From the NCBI GenBank assembly GCA_963750165.1, contig CAVVPN010000011.1, positions 1,792,001 through 1,856,000 of the forward strand: DNA of 64,000 bases, read 5' to 3'. Shown here piece after piece: positions 28,813 to 39,264 of this stretch (positions are counted from its first letter, which is position 1; the number at the start of each line of letters is the position of its first letter). Source of the stretch: an uncultured Gemmataceae bacterium (GTDB lineage: Bacteria > Planctomycetota > Planctomycetia > Gemmatales > Gemmataceae). The translations under genes and the position numbers were made by a program. The notes below the pieces were generated by a model. It saw nothing but the letters and a program-made list of their open reading frames with translations, was not told where the DNA came from and searched no databases.

Positions 28813-28889
28813 AACCACGAAAATGCTACCGGCCCACCCGCGCCGAAGCACGGATGAGCCGGTAGGTCTCGGGAGTTTGGGGATCATCG

Positions 28890-29189
28890 TCAGGCGTCTT
28901 TTTTGTCGCCCTTGTCGGCGCCGCCCTTGTCAGCGCCACCTTTGTCGGCGCCGCCCTTGTCGTTACCGTCCTTTTTCTCCTCGGGCGGCGCGCCGCCGCC
29001 GTCGCTTTTGGGGATCGGCTTCGACGCTTCGCGGCTGACCGGGGGCGGCGGCGGCCCCTCGTATTCCCGGTAGTCCAGGAACAACAGCACGCAGCCGCCA
29101 ATCAGCGCCAGCAGTGAGATGGCCAGCATGCCCGTGTAGGCGTCGTTGAGCGGTTTGGAAACGTGACTCGTCTTGTCCGCGTCGGCCAT
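28890..29189 (-). CDS. Small single-pass membrane protein
   Basis: DAYTGMLAISLLALIGGCVLLFLDY; GGADK x3 tail. Confidence 0.7.
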   Translation of the reverse strand: MADADKTSHVSKPLNDAYTGMLAISLLALIGGCVLLFLDYREYEGPPPPPVSREASKPIPKSDGGGAPPEEKKDGNDKGGADKGGADKGGADKGDKKDA

Positions 29190-29224
29190 GGCTCTCTTCC
29201 CTTTCCTGATTTGGGCGGCCGCGG

Positions 29225-30121
29225 TCACGGCAGAATCTTGGTGGCGACATGATCGCCCGGCCGCGGCGCGTCGGCGTTCATCAGGCCGACGGGCCGTATG
29301 ATCCGGCCGACCGCCGCGTGCGCATACACCGCCGTCAGGCGCAGCCGGCCCAGGTACTCCGGTTGCGGCGACAACCGATACACCTCCAGTGTGTTGTTCT
29401 GCTCCAGACCGGCGTCGCTGCCCAGCGTGATCTGCACCAGGGTGGGATCCTGCTTGTCCACGCGGTCAATCAGCCCCTTGACGTTCACTCGCGGCGGGTT
29501 CTCGTAGTTGCGGTCGCGCACCGGCGTCGCGAGCCTGGCCACGTTGTCGCCGCCCGCGAGCTTGATCTCCAGTTCGTAAACCTTCTTGGTCAACTGCGTG
29601 ACCTGCGACAGCAGGGTCAGGGCGCGTTCGGTGGCCTTCTTGGCGTTGCTGTCGCTCTCGATGGCCCGGTTCGCCGACTGTGCAGCCGTCTTCTGCAACT
29701 CGGCGATCTCGTCCTGCCGCTTCTTGAGGTTGTCGTTCAGCACCCGGATTTCCATGCCGAGCCGCTCGGCCTCCTTGGTGGACATTTCGGAGTTGACGAC
29801 AGCCTTCTCGGCGACTTCCTTTTGCTGCTTGTAAGCATCTTCCTTTTTCTGCAGCACCAGGTGCAGCTTGCTTTGTTCGAGCCGGTTCTGGATGACAAAT
29901 GCGTCCAGTTCCTCCTTGTAGCGCTTCATCTGCGCGACCAGATCCTGCTTGGTCTTGGCGTCAGCTTCGGTATTGTAGCGCATGACCTTCAATTCTTCAT
30001 CTCGATCTTCATACGCCTTGTGCCATTGTTCGCGCTTCGCGAAGTCCACGACCAGGAAGGCCCCGGTCGCGACCGCGAACAGCAGGTTCACAATGACCAA
30101 CAACTTGCCCAACGTGTTCAT
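29225..30121 (-). CDS. Membrane-anchored coiled-coil protein with C-terminal beta domain
   Basis: GKLLVIVNLLFAV anchor, heptads, VQITLGSDAGL..LEVYR..YLGRLRL. Confidence 0.75.
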   Translation of the reverse strand: MNTLGKLLVIVNLLFAVATGAFLVVDFAKREQWHKAYEDRDEELKVMRYNTEADAKTKQDLVAQMKRYKEELDAFVIQNRLEQSKLHLVLQKKEDAYKQQKEVAEKAVVNSEMSTKEAERLGMEIRVLNDNLKKRQDEIAELQKTAAQSANRAIESDSNAKKATERALTLLSQVTQLTKKVYELEIKLAGGDNVARLATPVRDRNYENPPRVNVKGLIDRVDKQDPTLVQITLGSDAGLEQNNTLEVYRLSPQPEYLGRLRLTAVYAHAAVGRIIRPVGLMNADAPRPGDHVATKILP

Positions 30122-30311
30122 GATCGCCCCCTCGTCCAGGTCCCCCACCAGCCATTCACATGCGTGGGCGGCATGCGCTCCCCGGCTGGCGCTCCCCGGA
30201 ACGTGCGAACTGCTCGATCTCTCCCGAGACATTGAGGGTCGGGAGTATGCCAACCACCCCACGCCCTGTCAACCGCAATTCCTCGCCACGCACAATCTGC
30301 TCTTCTGCCGA

Positions 30312-31184
30312 TCAGGGCGCCGCGGCGAGGTTCTTCACGCCCAGTTCCTGTAACCGCTTGATCAGCCCGCGCCGCCGCTCCAGCAACAGCTGGGCGTTCA
30401 CCAGCTCGCGCACCCACAACGGCTGCACGTAATCGATCTCGCTCTTGAGCCGCTTCTGGGCGACCAACTCCATCTCCAGCAGATCATAATAGCCCGGCGT
30501 CTCAAGTTTGCCCATCTCGTCGCGCTTGCCGGTCACGCGCACCGTCAACTTCTTTTCCTTCTTGATCCAGTCATCGATCTCCTTGGACTTGGCCAGAATT
30601 TTCTCCATGACCTTCGCCAGATCCTCGTTGTAGACGGCGAAGGACTTGTTCACGTCCGGCAGCGGCTCCTGGAACATCGGTTTACCGATGCGCCTGCTCG
30701 TGTCGATCACGTCCTTGCCGTCCTTGTCCTTCTCCGGCTGGCCGTTCGTCTTGAGCACCGTCATGCCCGCCGGGCTCAGCGCGGGCCTGCCCGTGGCGTC
30801 GTCCAGCTTCAGGTCCTGCACGGCCACCGGATCCTTCGCGTTCTCCAGTTCTTCCATCTTGCGGACGTACTCCAGGTGGTTCCTGGCGAAGACCAGCTGA
30901 ATGCTATCGCGGTTGCGCTGGGCACGCTCCAGGTGGTACTCGGCGCGCGGCTGCGCGTCGATGGCCTGCTGCAGCGCCAGTATGCGCTTCTGCAACTCCG
31001 AGGGGATGGCCTCATTGGGCAGGCCCTTGTCGTCCTTCTTGTCCTTGGACGGCTCAACATACGCCTTGGTGGGCGTCTTCTTGCCCCAGTCCACGGGGTC
31101 GAGGTAGAGCGCCAGCGCCCAGGTCAGCATCACCACGCTGAGCATCAGGTTGACCAGCACCAGAAATTTGCCGATGAGGTTCAT
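30312..31184 (-). CDS. Membrane-anchored coiled-coil protein
   Basis: MNLIGKFLVLVNLMLSVV anchor; ATGA overlap with upstream gene. Confidence 0.75.
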   Translation of the reverse strand: MNLIGKFLVLVNLMLSVVMLTWALALYLDPVDWGKKTPTKAYVEPSKDKKDDKGLPNEAIPSELQKRILALQQAIDAQPRAEYHLERAQRNRDSIQLVFARNHLEYVRKMEELENAKDPVAVQDLKLDDATGRPALSPAGMTVLKTNGQPEKDKDGKDVIDTSRRIGKPMFQEPLPDVNKSFAVYNEDLAKVMEKILAKSKEIDDWIKKEKKLTVRVTGKRDEMGKLETPGYYDLLEMELVAQKRLKSEIDYVQPLWVRELVNAQLLLERRRGLIKRLQELGVKNLAAAP

Positions 31185-33489
31185 GGCTGCCTGGCCCCCT
31201 TCGCCTTGAGGTAGTTCCGCTCCAGCACGCGAATGCGCCGCTCCATTGCCTGGTTCTGTTGATCGACGAACGCCAGCTCCAGCTGCGCCCGGAACAGCTG
31301 CTCCTGCAATCGTTGCAAATCCTCCGTCAACCGCCGCGTCTCGGCGCGGGCGGCGACCACCTTGGCGAACAGCGCCGCGGAGTAAACGACGCGCTCGCCG
31401 TAGTGTTTGGCTCGCAGCTTCTCCTGGGCGACGATCTCCTGCAACCGCAGGTTGCGATCCTTGATGATCTCGTTGATGTCGCGGATGTTCCGCACCGCGT
31501 CCAGGTAGCGGCCCACGAAGCCGTGCGCGCGGATCGACCAGCCGGGCCAGTTCACGGTCGAACAGCGCCTGCCGCGGCCCGGGGTTGACGCCAACATCGC
31601 CCAGCGCGGCGTTGAAGTCCTTCAAAAACTCCTCGATGTCCTGCGGTGTGCGGCACTTGTCGCTGACATATTTCTTGACGCGCTTGACCAGGGCGTCCCT
31701 GTCCGCCGGCATCAGTTTCATCTCTTCCAGCAGCCCAATCAGGCTCTTGACGAACGGCTCGTAGGCCGGGTACATGAGCCGATACACTTCGCCCTCAAGC
31801 TTGTCCGCCGGGCCGATGTCCACGTTCGCATCAACCAGCACCTTCTTGAGTTCCTGCAGGAAGGCCACGTCGTCGGCCGCCGGCTTGTCCTCCTGGTCGA
31901 AGAAGAATTTGCGCACCGCCTTTTCCACGTCCTTGCTCGGCTCCTCGCCCTTCTGGCGGCGCAGCAGCGACAGCACGTCGCCACTATGGACCTCGTAGCG
32001 CTGCAGTCGCACCGGGTAGACGTACAGACCGCGGTCGCGCTCGATGGTGCGGACGATGCGCATCTGGACGCGCTCCACAAACGTGGCCAGGGTGTCGCAC
32101 GCCTGGGCGAGCGCCCGCGGCCCGACCAGCACCTGCAACCGTTTCAGGCCGTTCTCATAGAGATAGTTCGGCGTCGGGCCGCGCGGGCTCTCTTCCTCGC
32201 CTTCGACCTTGGCCTTGTCCTTCGGCGCCGGCGGCGGTTCGGCCTCCTCGGGGGGCTTCACCACCTGGTCGATGACCAGCAGCAGGAACGCAATGTGCTC
32301 GCGCTTCTCGACCGAATGCCGTTTCAGGCCGGACCAGATCGGCTGCGTGGAAATGGCCTCGTCCATGCGCGTCTGGAGCAGTTCCTCCATCTTCTCGATG
32401 CTGACAACGAACTTGCCCTTCTCGTCCAGGTCGGCGAAGCGCTCGACCCATTTGAACTGCTTCGGCGCCGCGGGCGCCTTCGCATCCGCGTCCTTCTTGT
32501 CCTTGTCGGCCCCGGAGGACGTGTCCGTAACCCAGTCGCTGTAGCGGAACTGCTCCAGGGGGTTGAGAATGTCCGCCAACATGCGCCGCTGGGCGGCTTC
32601 GACCAGGAACTTGTTCAACTCCTCGCCCCTGGTGTCGTTGATCTTCTTATCGAGGGCCTCGACCTGCTCGGCGGTCTGGGCCAGCGGCATGAGCAGGCGG
32701 AACAGCAGTTTGCGCTTGCCGGCGTCCGTGGTTTCCTTCTTGCCTGCTTCCTTGGCGGCCTCGCTGATGTCGTTCGGCAACTTCGACTTGAGGTTTTCAA
32801 CTTCCTTATCCAGCGTGCTGACCGGCTCGCCCGCCCCCGCGAATAACTCCTTGAGGAAGTCCGGCCCCAGGTCGGACGGCTTGAGTTTCACAATCGGCAG
32901 CTGACCGAAGAACGGCCGATACGGCACCTTGGGATCCGGAATCTTCATCTTGTTGCTGGCTTGCTTGAGCGCTTCCGGGCCGATGGCGATCCTTGGCTGG
33001 GTGCTCTGCGAGATGTCGCCGGGGCGCTGCTCGTTTTCCTTGATCAGCCCGCCTTCCCGGGCGGCGTCGTACAGGGCGACCGCGCTGAATCCTGTAGCGA
33101 GCGGTGAAGTCCATCACGAGCAGGTACACGAAGCCCACGGCGGCCAGGACGTTGAGCAGGATCAGGGCCAGGTTGAGCTTGGTCAGGCCGGGCTCGGGTT
33201 CTGCGTCAAACTCGCTGGCCGTTTCGCTGTGACCGGCGTCGCCGTCATCGGTGGCCGCGGCGGCGTGGGCTCCCTTGGCGGCGGGAGTGTCGGCGTCGTC
33301 ATCGGCAGCGACGGCAGGGGCGTCGTCATCGGCAACAACGGCGTCATCATCGGCGACAATTTCGTCATCATCGGCAACAACAGCAGCGTCATCATCATTA
33401 TCAGCGACAATTTCGTCGTCATCGGCGACAACGGCGTCTTCTTCCAGATCCAGATCGCTGTCGGGTTTGGGTTTTTTGTTTTTGGCCAT
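31181..33489 (-). CDS. Large membrane-anchored coiled-coil protein with Asp-rich repetitive N-terminus (frameshifts near 33090-32950 and 31540)
   Basis: VVADDDEI repeats, TM LNLALILLNVLAAVGFVYLL, coding-like sequence across ORFs 32806-33489, 30312-32948 and 31181-31597. Confidence 0.65.
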
Positions 33490-33835
33490 GTGTGCGCTTT
33501 CAATGCGGCAGAGTCCGCGGTGCAGGGGTGGCGACGCAACAGAGTTGATCGGGCGCTTCCGTCCTCACCTTTTCCCCATTGTGACGGCCGGCGCGACCGT
33601 TGCCAAGGGGATTTGGGCGGGAAAAATGACACGTTCGGCGATCTGGGAGGGCGGCGCCTGATTTAGCCATTCTGCCACCGCGGCTGGCTTCGACAAATTT
33701 TGACAGACATGGCATTCGATTCCAAGATACAATTGGTGAGAATGAGGTGACAGCGCACCGCTCCCGAGCGCCGCGGGAGTGGGACCGTGGGCCCCACAAC
33801 GGGGTGGTGGAGTTCTTCTTGGCGGGGAGATCGGC

Positions 33836-35182
33836 ATGGGGCCCGAGACCAGCAGGCCCGTGATGCAGACCGTCGGCAATTACGACTTGCTCGAAAAAAT
33901 TGCTGAGGGAGGCATGGGCACCGTCTTCAAGGCGCACGACCGTAGCAGTGGTGGCATTGTCGCCATGAAGCTGGTGGCGCCCCATGTGACCCGCAATGCC
34001 GTGATGATGAAGCGTTTCGAGCAGGAGTACAACGTCGCCCGGGCACTCAACCACCCCAACATCGTGCGCGCCCTGGACTTCGGCAGCGCGGGCGGTTCGC
34101 CTTACCTGGTGATGGAATTCGTGGACGGCGAATCGCTTGGCAACCGGCTGGAGCGCGAGGGCAAGGTTCCCGAGGCGGAGGCCATCCGCCTGATCGCCCA
34201 GGTGGCGCAGGGGCTGCACAAGGCGCACAAGCACGGCCTGGTGCATCGCGACGTCAAGCCGGACAACATCCTGGTCACGCGCGACGGCCAGGCCAAGCTG
34301 GCGGACCTGGGGCTGGTCAAGGAACTGGAAACGGACCTCAACCTGACCCGCACCGGTCGCGGACTGGGGACGCCGCACTTCATGGCTCCCGAGCAGTTCC
34401 GCAACGCCAAGAACGCGGACGTCCGCTGCGACATCTACTCGCTGGCGGCCACCCTGTACATGACGGTGACCGGTGAACTGCCGTTCAAATCCCTGGGGCC
34501 GCTCGACGCCTGGATGAAGAAGATCAACAACGAAATCCAGCTGCCGCGTGAGCTGGAGCCGGGCCTGAGCGAGCGCCTCGACTGGGCCATCCGCCGGGCC
34601 ATGAGCGCCGACCCGACCCTGCGGCCGGCGTCGTGCCGGGAGTTCGTCGAGGACCTGACCGGCCACAGCACGCGCAAGATCACGCCGGCCGAGGCGCCCG
34701 CGGGCCAGGATTTGTGGTATCTGCACTGGGTAGACGACGATGGCGTCAAGAACACCATCAAGGGCACGCTGGTGGGCATCCGGCGGTCGCTCAAGGAAGG
34801 GTTGCTGGGCGAAGCGCACCATGTACGGGCCAGCCGCAACAAGTCGGGGCCGTTCGAACTGCTGCAGGCGCACCCGGAGTTCCGCGACCTGGTGATCGCG
34901 CCGGCCGCGACGCCGGTGCCGGGCGTCAAGACCAGCCCGGTGGCAACACCGTCGGCCGAGCGGCTGTCCGGGATGGCGGCGCGACCGCAGCGTGCATCGG
35001 CGTTCCTGGAAAGGCCGGCAGGACCAGAAAAGCAGCTGGTGGATCCGGCGCCGCTGATAGATCTGGGGTACACGCAGTCTGGTCAGGCCTGGGTGAGCTG
35101 GTTGGTCGCGGCGCTGGTGGCGCTGGCGGCGGCCCTGGGCGGCTACTACCTGCTGCCGATGATGACCGGCGGGCGGCGCTAA
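33836..35182 (+). CDS. Ser/Thr protein kinase with C-terminal TM helix
   Basis: IAEGGMGTVF, HRDVKPDN, DLGL, GTPHFMAPEQ; start codon uncertain. Confidence 0.92.
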   Translation: MGPETSRPVMQTVGNYDLLEKIAEGGMGTVFKAHDRSSGGIVAMKLVAPHVTRNAVMMKRFEQEYNVARALNHPNIVRALDFGSAGGSPYLVMEFVDGESLGNRLEREGKVPEAEAIRLIAQVAQGLHKAHKHGLVHRDVKPDNILVTRDGQAKLADLGLVKELETDLNLTRTGRGLGTPHFMAPEQFRNAKNADVRCDIYSLAATLYMTVTGELPFKSLGPLDAWMKKINNEIQLPRELEPGLSERLDWAIRRAMSADPTLRPASCREFVEDLTGHSTRKITPAEAPAGQDLWYLHWVDDDGVKNTIKGTLVGIRRSLKEGLLGEAHHVRASRNKSGPFELLQAHPEFRDLVIAPAATPVPGVKTSPVATPSAERLSGMAARPQRASAFLERPAGPEKQLVDPAPLIDLGYTQSGQAWVSWLVAALVALAAALGGYYLLPMMTGGRR

Positions 35183-35231
35183 CCCGGAGGATTCACCGCG
35201 GAGAACGCAGAGAGCGCAGAGAAAAGAAAAC

Positions 35232-35325
35232 AGCGGATCCACAGAGGACACAGATGGAACACAGCTTAAAGACCATTTCAAAGGTCTTTAAGCTGTGTTC
35301 CATCTGTGTCCTCTGTGGATCCGCT
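35232..35325. repeat. Perfect 43-bp inverted repeat between convergent genes, preceded by degenerate 9-mer repeats
   Basis: Arms 35232-35274 and 35283-35325 are exact reverse complements; 8-nt loop. Confidence 0.9.
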
Positions 35326-35330
35326 TGATT

Positions 35331-37577
35331 TCACTTCTCCTTGTCCTGATTTGGCGAATCCTTCGGCGGCAGGTTGCCCGCTTTCAGCTGGCGCTGCCAG
35401 CGTTCGATGGCGGCGCCGCGGAGGGCGGAGGAGGCTTCGGCCTGGTAGCCCATCTTGCCGGCGATGGTCGGGGCGTACTCAAACAGCCGCCAGTGGGCCA
35501 GTTCGCGGACGGCCAGGTTGCTGGATTCCAGGTAGGTGATCAGTGCCTCGTAGGTGGACTTCTGGGTGCGCGCCTGCGGCGGATAGTCGTGCAGCAGCCC
35601 CATGATGATGGCCGCCTCGCCGGCCTTCTTGAAGCGCTCGGTGAGCAAATCATACAGCCGATAGTCGTTGTCGCGCTCCAGGGCGGTCCAGTAGCGCAGC
35701 GCATCAATGGCGGCGAGGCGCACCGCCCAGCGGCCGTTCCCCAGGGCCTCGATCAGGGCGTTCAGGCTGGCGTCGTTGTCCAGGGCGGCCAGGCTGCGCA
35801 CCGCGAACTTGGCCTTGACGAGGTCGGCGTCGTTCAGGGCCTCCCGCAGGACCACGTCCACGTGCTCGCCCTTCGGGCCAAAGGCCTTGGCGAGACTTTG
35901 GGCGGCATCCTTCAACGGTTCGGCGTCCTTGGCGGGCATGCGCGGGGTGGCCGGCGGTGGCACGTTCAGCCACTCGGGCGGCTCCTCCAGCACGATCGGC
36001 TTGAGCTGCGTGGGGGCGCCCTGCCGGCTGTTCCACATCACGCGCGAGAAGCCGGGCGGCGCGTCCAGCGTCTCTTCCTTGCTGCCGTCCACCTTGAAGC
36101 GGACCTTGCCCTTGAGACAGTACAACTCGACCTGGGCCACCGGGCCGTCGCGCGGTGCCTTACGGTCCACCTCGAACGGCTCGCCGAACGGCTGGAAACT
36201 CCAGCGCTCGAACGCGACCTCGCAGTCCTGGTGCGGCAGTTCCAGGTCCCAGCGGCTGGGGAACCTGGGATTGGTCGGGTTGTCGAAGCGCACGCGGACG
36301 CGCACCGGTTGTTTGCTGGTGTTGGCGATGAGGATGCGGCCGCGCTTGAGCGTCACGTCGAGGTCCACCAACTTGCTCTGGTGGATCACGACCATGCTCT
36401 CCAGCACCGGCGGCACCGGAAAGGGGGGGAACACCGCCTTGGGGTCCGCCTTGCGCAGCGCCTGTTTCGAGCTTTCGTACATCAGGGTGTGGATCAGGAA
36501 GTCCTTCCAGAAGGGGTCCAGGAAGTTGCCCCACAGGGTCAGGCGCACGTCGCCGACTTTCACGTCACTGCGGTAGCCCGGCAGGCTGATCAGCGGCGTG
36601 CCGGACTTGACCCGGTCGGCGTCGCGGAGCCGGTGCCAGAGGCCGCCCGGTGCTCCGGTCTGCAACAGCACGCTGGACGAGGCCATCCTGGGCGCCTCGT
36701 ACAGCCCCACGTCGCGCACCTCGGCGCTGGCGAGGTTTGGGTCCTCCACCGGCTCCTTGTCCTTCTTGACCACCAGCGGGGGGTTCGGGTTCGTGTTCTT
36801 GTCCTTGGTCGTGTTCTTGTCCTTGGTCGTGCCCTTGTCCCTGTCCTTGTTGATTTCGGGCGTGACCTTCTTGTTATCCTTGTGGTTCCTGTCCGCCGCG
36901 CCCCTGTCGCCGGGGGGCCGTTTGGGCTCGAGTTGGGCGTGCGGCTGGTAGTCGGGGCCGGTGCTCGAGTCAGGGCCGAGCAGGTTGCTGGAGGCCAGTA
37001 ACTGCCACAGCGCGAAGCTGAGCAACAGAACGATCACGGCGCCGCCGCCAATCAGGACGAGGCGGCTGTTCTTGCCCTTGACCGGCACCGGCAGGCCCAG
37101 GCGCAGCGTTTCATCGACCTCACGGCCCTCGCGGGGCAGACCGTCCTCGCGGCTGGGCTGCGGCGCGGGCTTGCGGAACTGGATGGACTCCTTGCCCTTG
37201 ACCAGGCCGTACATGCGCTGCTTGGCGGTGGGCGGCACCAGGGCCGGTTCGCCGAGCACCAACGTCAGAATCTGATGGCAGGCGGCGATCTCCGCGAGAT
37301 GCACGTCGGAGGCCAGGCACAGCTGTTCGACCTCGGCGAGCTGGTCGGCGGAGAGGGTGTTGTCGAGGTATTCGGCGACGGTGTTGGGATCGACCTTGGC
37401 GCCGGGGCCCTTGTCGGGCGGCGTGGTCAGACGACGGCGGCGCGTCACCTGTTTGATGCGCGCGATCAGTTCCTGGGCGGTGTCGCTCTCGGCGACCTTC
37501 TGGCCGATGAGCCTGGCCTGGCTGGGCTCCAAGGTATCGTCCAGGTAGGCGAGCAGCGTGCGCAGGGTTAACCGCAT
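35331..37577 (-). CDS. Conserved-type bitopic protein: anti-sigma-like N-terminus, TM, beta-rich region, C-terminal HEAT-like repeats
   Basis: MRLTLRTLLAYLDDTL, VAEYLDNTL..HLAEIAACHQIL, TM, LIEAL..VRLAAIDAL. Confidence 0.7.
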   Translation of the reverse strand: MRLTLRTLLAYLDDTLEPSQARLIGQKVAESDTAQELIARIKQVTRRRRLTTPPDKGPGAKVDPNTVAEYLDNTLSADQLAEVEQLCLASDVHLAEIAACHQILTLVLGEPALVPPTAKQRMYGLVKGKESIQFRKPAPQPSREDGLPREGREVDETLRLGLPVPVKGKNSRLVLIGGGAVIVLLLSFALWQLLASSNLLGPDSSTGPDYQPHAQLEPKRPPGDRGAADRNHKDNKKVTPEINKDRDKGTTKDKNTTKDKNTNPNPPLVVKKDKEPVEDPNLASAEVRDVGLYEAPRMASSSVLLQTGAPGGLWHRLRDADRVKSGTPLISLPGYRSDVKVGDVRLTLWGNFLDPFWKDFLIHTLMYESSKQALRKADPKAVFPPFPVPPVLESMVVIHQSKLVDLDVTLKRGRILIANTSKQPVRVRVRFDNPTNPRFPSRWDLELPHQDCEVAFERWSFQPFGEPFEVDRKAPRDGPVAQVELYCLKGKVRFKVDGSKEETLDAPPGFSRVMWNSRQGAPTQLKPIVLEEPPEWLNVPPPATPRMPAKDAEPLKDAAQSLAKAFGPKGEHVDVVLREALNDADLVKAKFAVRSLAALDNDASLNALIEALGNGRWAVRLAAIDALRYWTALERDNDYRLYDLLTERFKKAGEAAIIMGLLHDYPPQARTQKSTYEALITYLESSNLAVRELAHWRLFEYAPTIAGKMGYQAEASSALRGAAIERWQRQLKAGNLPPKDSPNQDKEK

Positions 37578-37672
37578 TGGGTTGGTTCCGTGGAGTGCAG
37601 AGGAGGCGCGATCGGGCCGCGCCGTTTCCCATAATAGTGGCGCGGCGGCGCGGTTTTCGTACAAACAATTCG

Positions 37673-37733
37673 GAGCCGCGCACGGAGCGTAAGCGGCGTA
37701 AGCGGGAGGCCGCTTACGCTCCGTGCGCGGCTC
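37673..37733. repeat. REP-like palindrome
   Basis: gagccgcgcacggagcgtaagcgg..ccgcttacgctccgtgcgcggctc. Confidence 0.85.
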
Positions 37734-37749
37734 GGACGAGTCCTCCTGG

Positions 37750-39087
37750 TCACAGCGTCTTCAAATACTCAATTACCGCCCGCCGCTGCTCCTCGGTGAA
37801 GTCGTCGCCGAAGGTGTGGCCGCCGTTGCCGCGGCCCGGCTGCGTCGTGTCGTAAGTCTTGCGGCGCTCGATCGGTGGCAGGGCGCCCGCCGGCGGCCGC
37901 TGCAACACCTGCACCTTCCAGCCGACGTTGACCTTGTCGTAATCCTCCTCGTTGGTGCGGAAGGAGCGCGTGTAAAGCTTCGGCCGCGCTTTCGAGTTGA
38001 GAACGCCGTACAGCGTCGCCACCGAGCCGTTGTGGAAATACGGCGCCGTCGCCCAGACACCGTCCAGCGGCGGCGCCTGATAGCCGGCCGTCTGCTTCAC
38101 CTTGCCGGTCAAGCCCGGCCGCTTTTCCTGGCCGAACCAGCTCCGATTGTAATAGTCCGCCCACTTGCTGCTGAAGCCGTCGAAGCGCGTGCGGTCGGTG
38201 CCGATCTCGTCGATGGGCACGACCTTGCTCGGATACGTCCAGTTTTCGCCGTAGGTGCCGTGACAGCTGCTGCAATTGCTCTTGAAGAGTTTTTCGCCCC
38301 GGGCGGCCAGTTCCTGGTTGACGGGGAAGGGGTATTTGGGGGCGCGGAGGCTGAGCAGGTAAGCCTGGATGTCTTCGAAGGTCGGCTCGGTATCGGCGAA
38401 CAGTTTGGGGCTGTTGGGCGGGCTGAGCATGAACTGCATCAGCGCCCGCACCGAGCGGGCGTGAGTGTTGCCGGTGAAATACATGGTCTTTTTCTTACGC
38501 AGGTGCCACCACGCCGGCACGTCCTCACACATCTGGTCATTGAAGCCGAGATCGACCTTTTTGAAGGTGATCTTCAGGTCCGGCTCGCGATGGGATAGCA
38601 GGAAAACCGCGAACATGCCGGCCTCGGAGGTGCCGCGGACATTGCTGAAGGTGAACGGCAGTCTGCCACTGCCGCCGCTGGCCTTGCTCAGTTCGGAGAA
38701 GACCGCCTCCACGTCCAGCGAGGCGTTGCCCAGGCCGATGTAGCTCTTGCCGAGGATGCTGCCGCCGTGGCAGATCATGCAGTCGCTGGCCAGGCCCTTG
38801 CCGAGCAGGTGCTTGCCGACACGCAGGCCCATCGGCAGACCGCCGTTCTCGTACGGCGCCGGGTGCAGACCGTAGCGTGCCCGAAACGCCGCGTCGTAGG
38901 GCTCCGGCTTCTTCTCAACGCCCCAGACCTTCCACGCCTCGTCGTAGGCTTTCAGCGACCAGATGCCCGGCGTGAACGCCTGCGTTGTCAGCGCTTTGTG
39001 GCCGCGCTCCGCCGGCGTGTCCGCTCGCACCGCCGCCAGCGCCACGCCGCCGACCAGCACCATCGCGAATACACCACTGCGCATCAT
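37750..39087 (-). CDS. Exported di-heme c-type cytochrome (RoxA-like family)
   Basis: Signal peptide, CMICH, CSSCH, IGTD.R, YQAPPLDGVWATAPYFHNGSV, GNGGH, IEYLKTL. Confidence 0.85.
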   Translation of the reverse strand: MMRSGVFAMVLVGGVALAAVRADTPAERGHKALTTQAFTPGIWSLKAYDEAWKVWGVEKKPEPYDAAFRARYGLHPAPYENGGLPMGLRVGKHLLGKGLASDCMICHGGSILGKSYIGLGNASLDVEAVFSELSKASGGSGRLPFTFSNVRGTSEAGMFAVFLLSHREPDLKITFKKVDLGFNDQMCEDVPAWWHLRKKKTMYFTGNTHARSVRALMQFMLSPPNSPKLFADTEPTFEDIQAYLLSLRAPKYPFPVNQELAARGEKLFKSNCSSCHGTYGENWTYPSKVVPIDEIGTDRTRFDGFSSKWADYYNRSWFGQEKRPGLTGKVKQTAGYQAPPLDGVWATAPYFHNGSVATLYGVLNSKARPKLYTRSFRTNEEDYDKVNVGWKVQVLQRPPAGALPPIERRKTYDTTQPGRGNGGHTFGDDFTEEQRRAVIEYLKTL

Positions 39088-39264
39088 GGCTCCATTCTCC
39101 TCGCCCTGGGTCGTCCCGGTCCCCCCTATTGTAGCGAGGCGGGCCAGGGGCTTGCGATCCCTATCCCACAAGCGTGCCTTTTGCTAAACTTTCCTGTGCG
39201 TTTTGCCGAGCCTGGCAACAACCTCTCCTCGTTCATTGCCCGCCTCCTTGTGAGAACCACCGCC

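Noticed and set aside
30312..32948. 878-aa ORF as one protein
   Set aside because: Chimera from a frameshift; a separate gene with its own anchor starts at 31184
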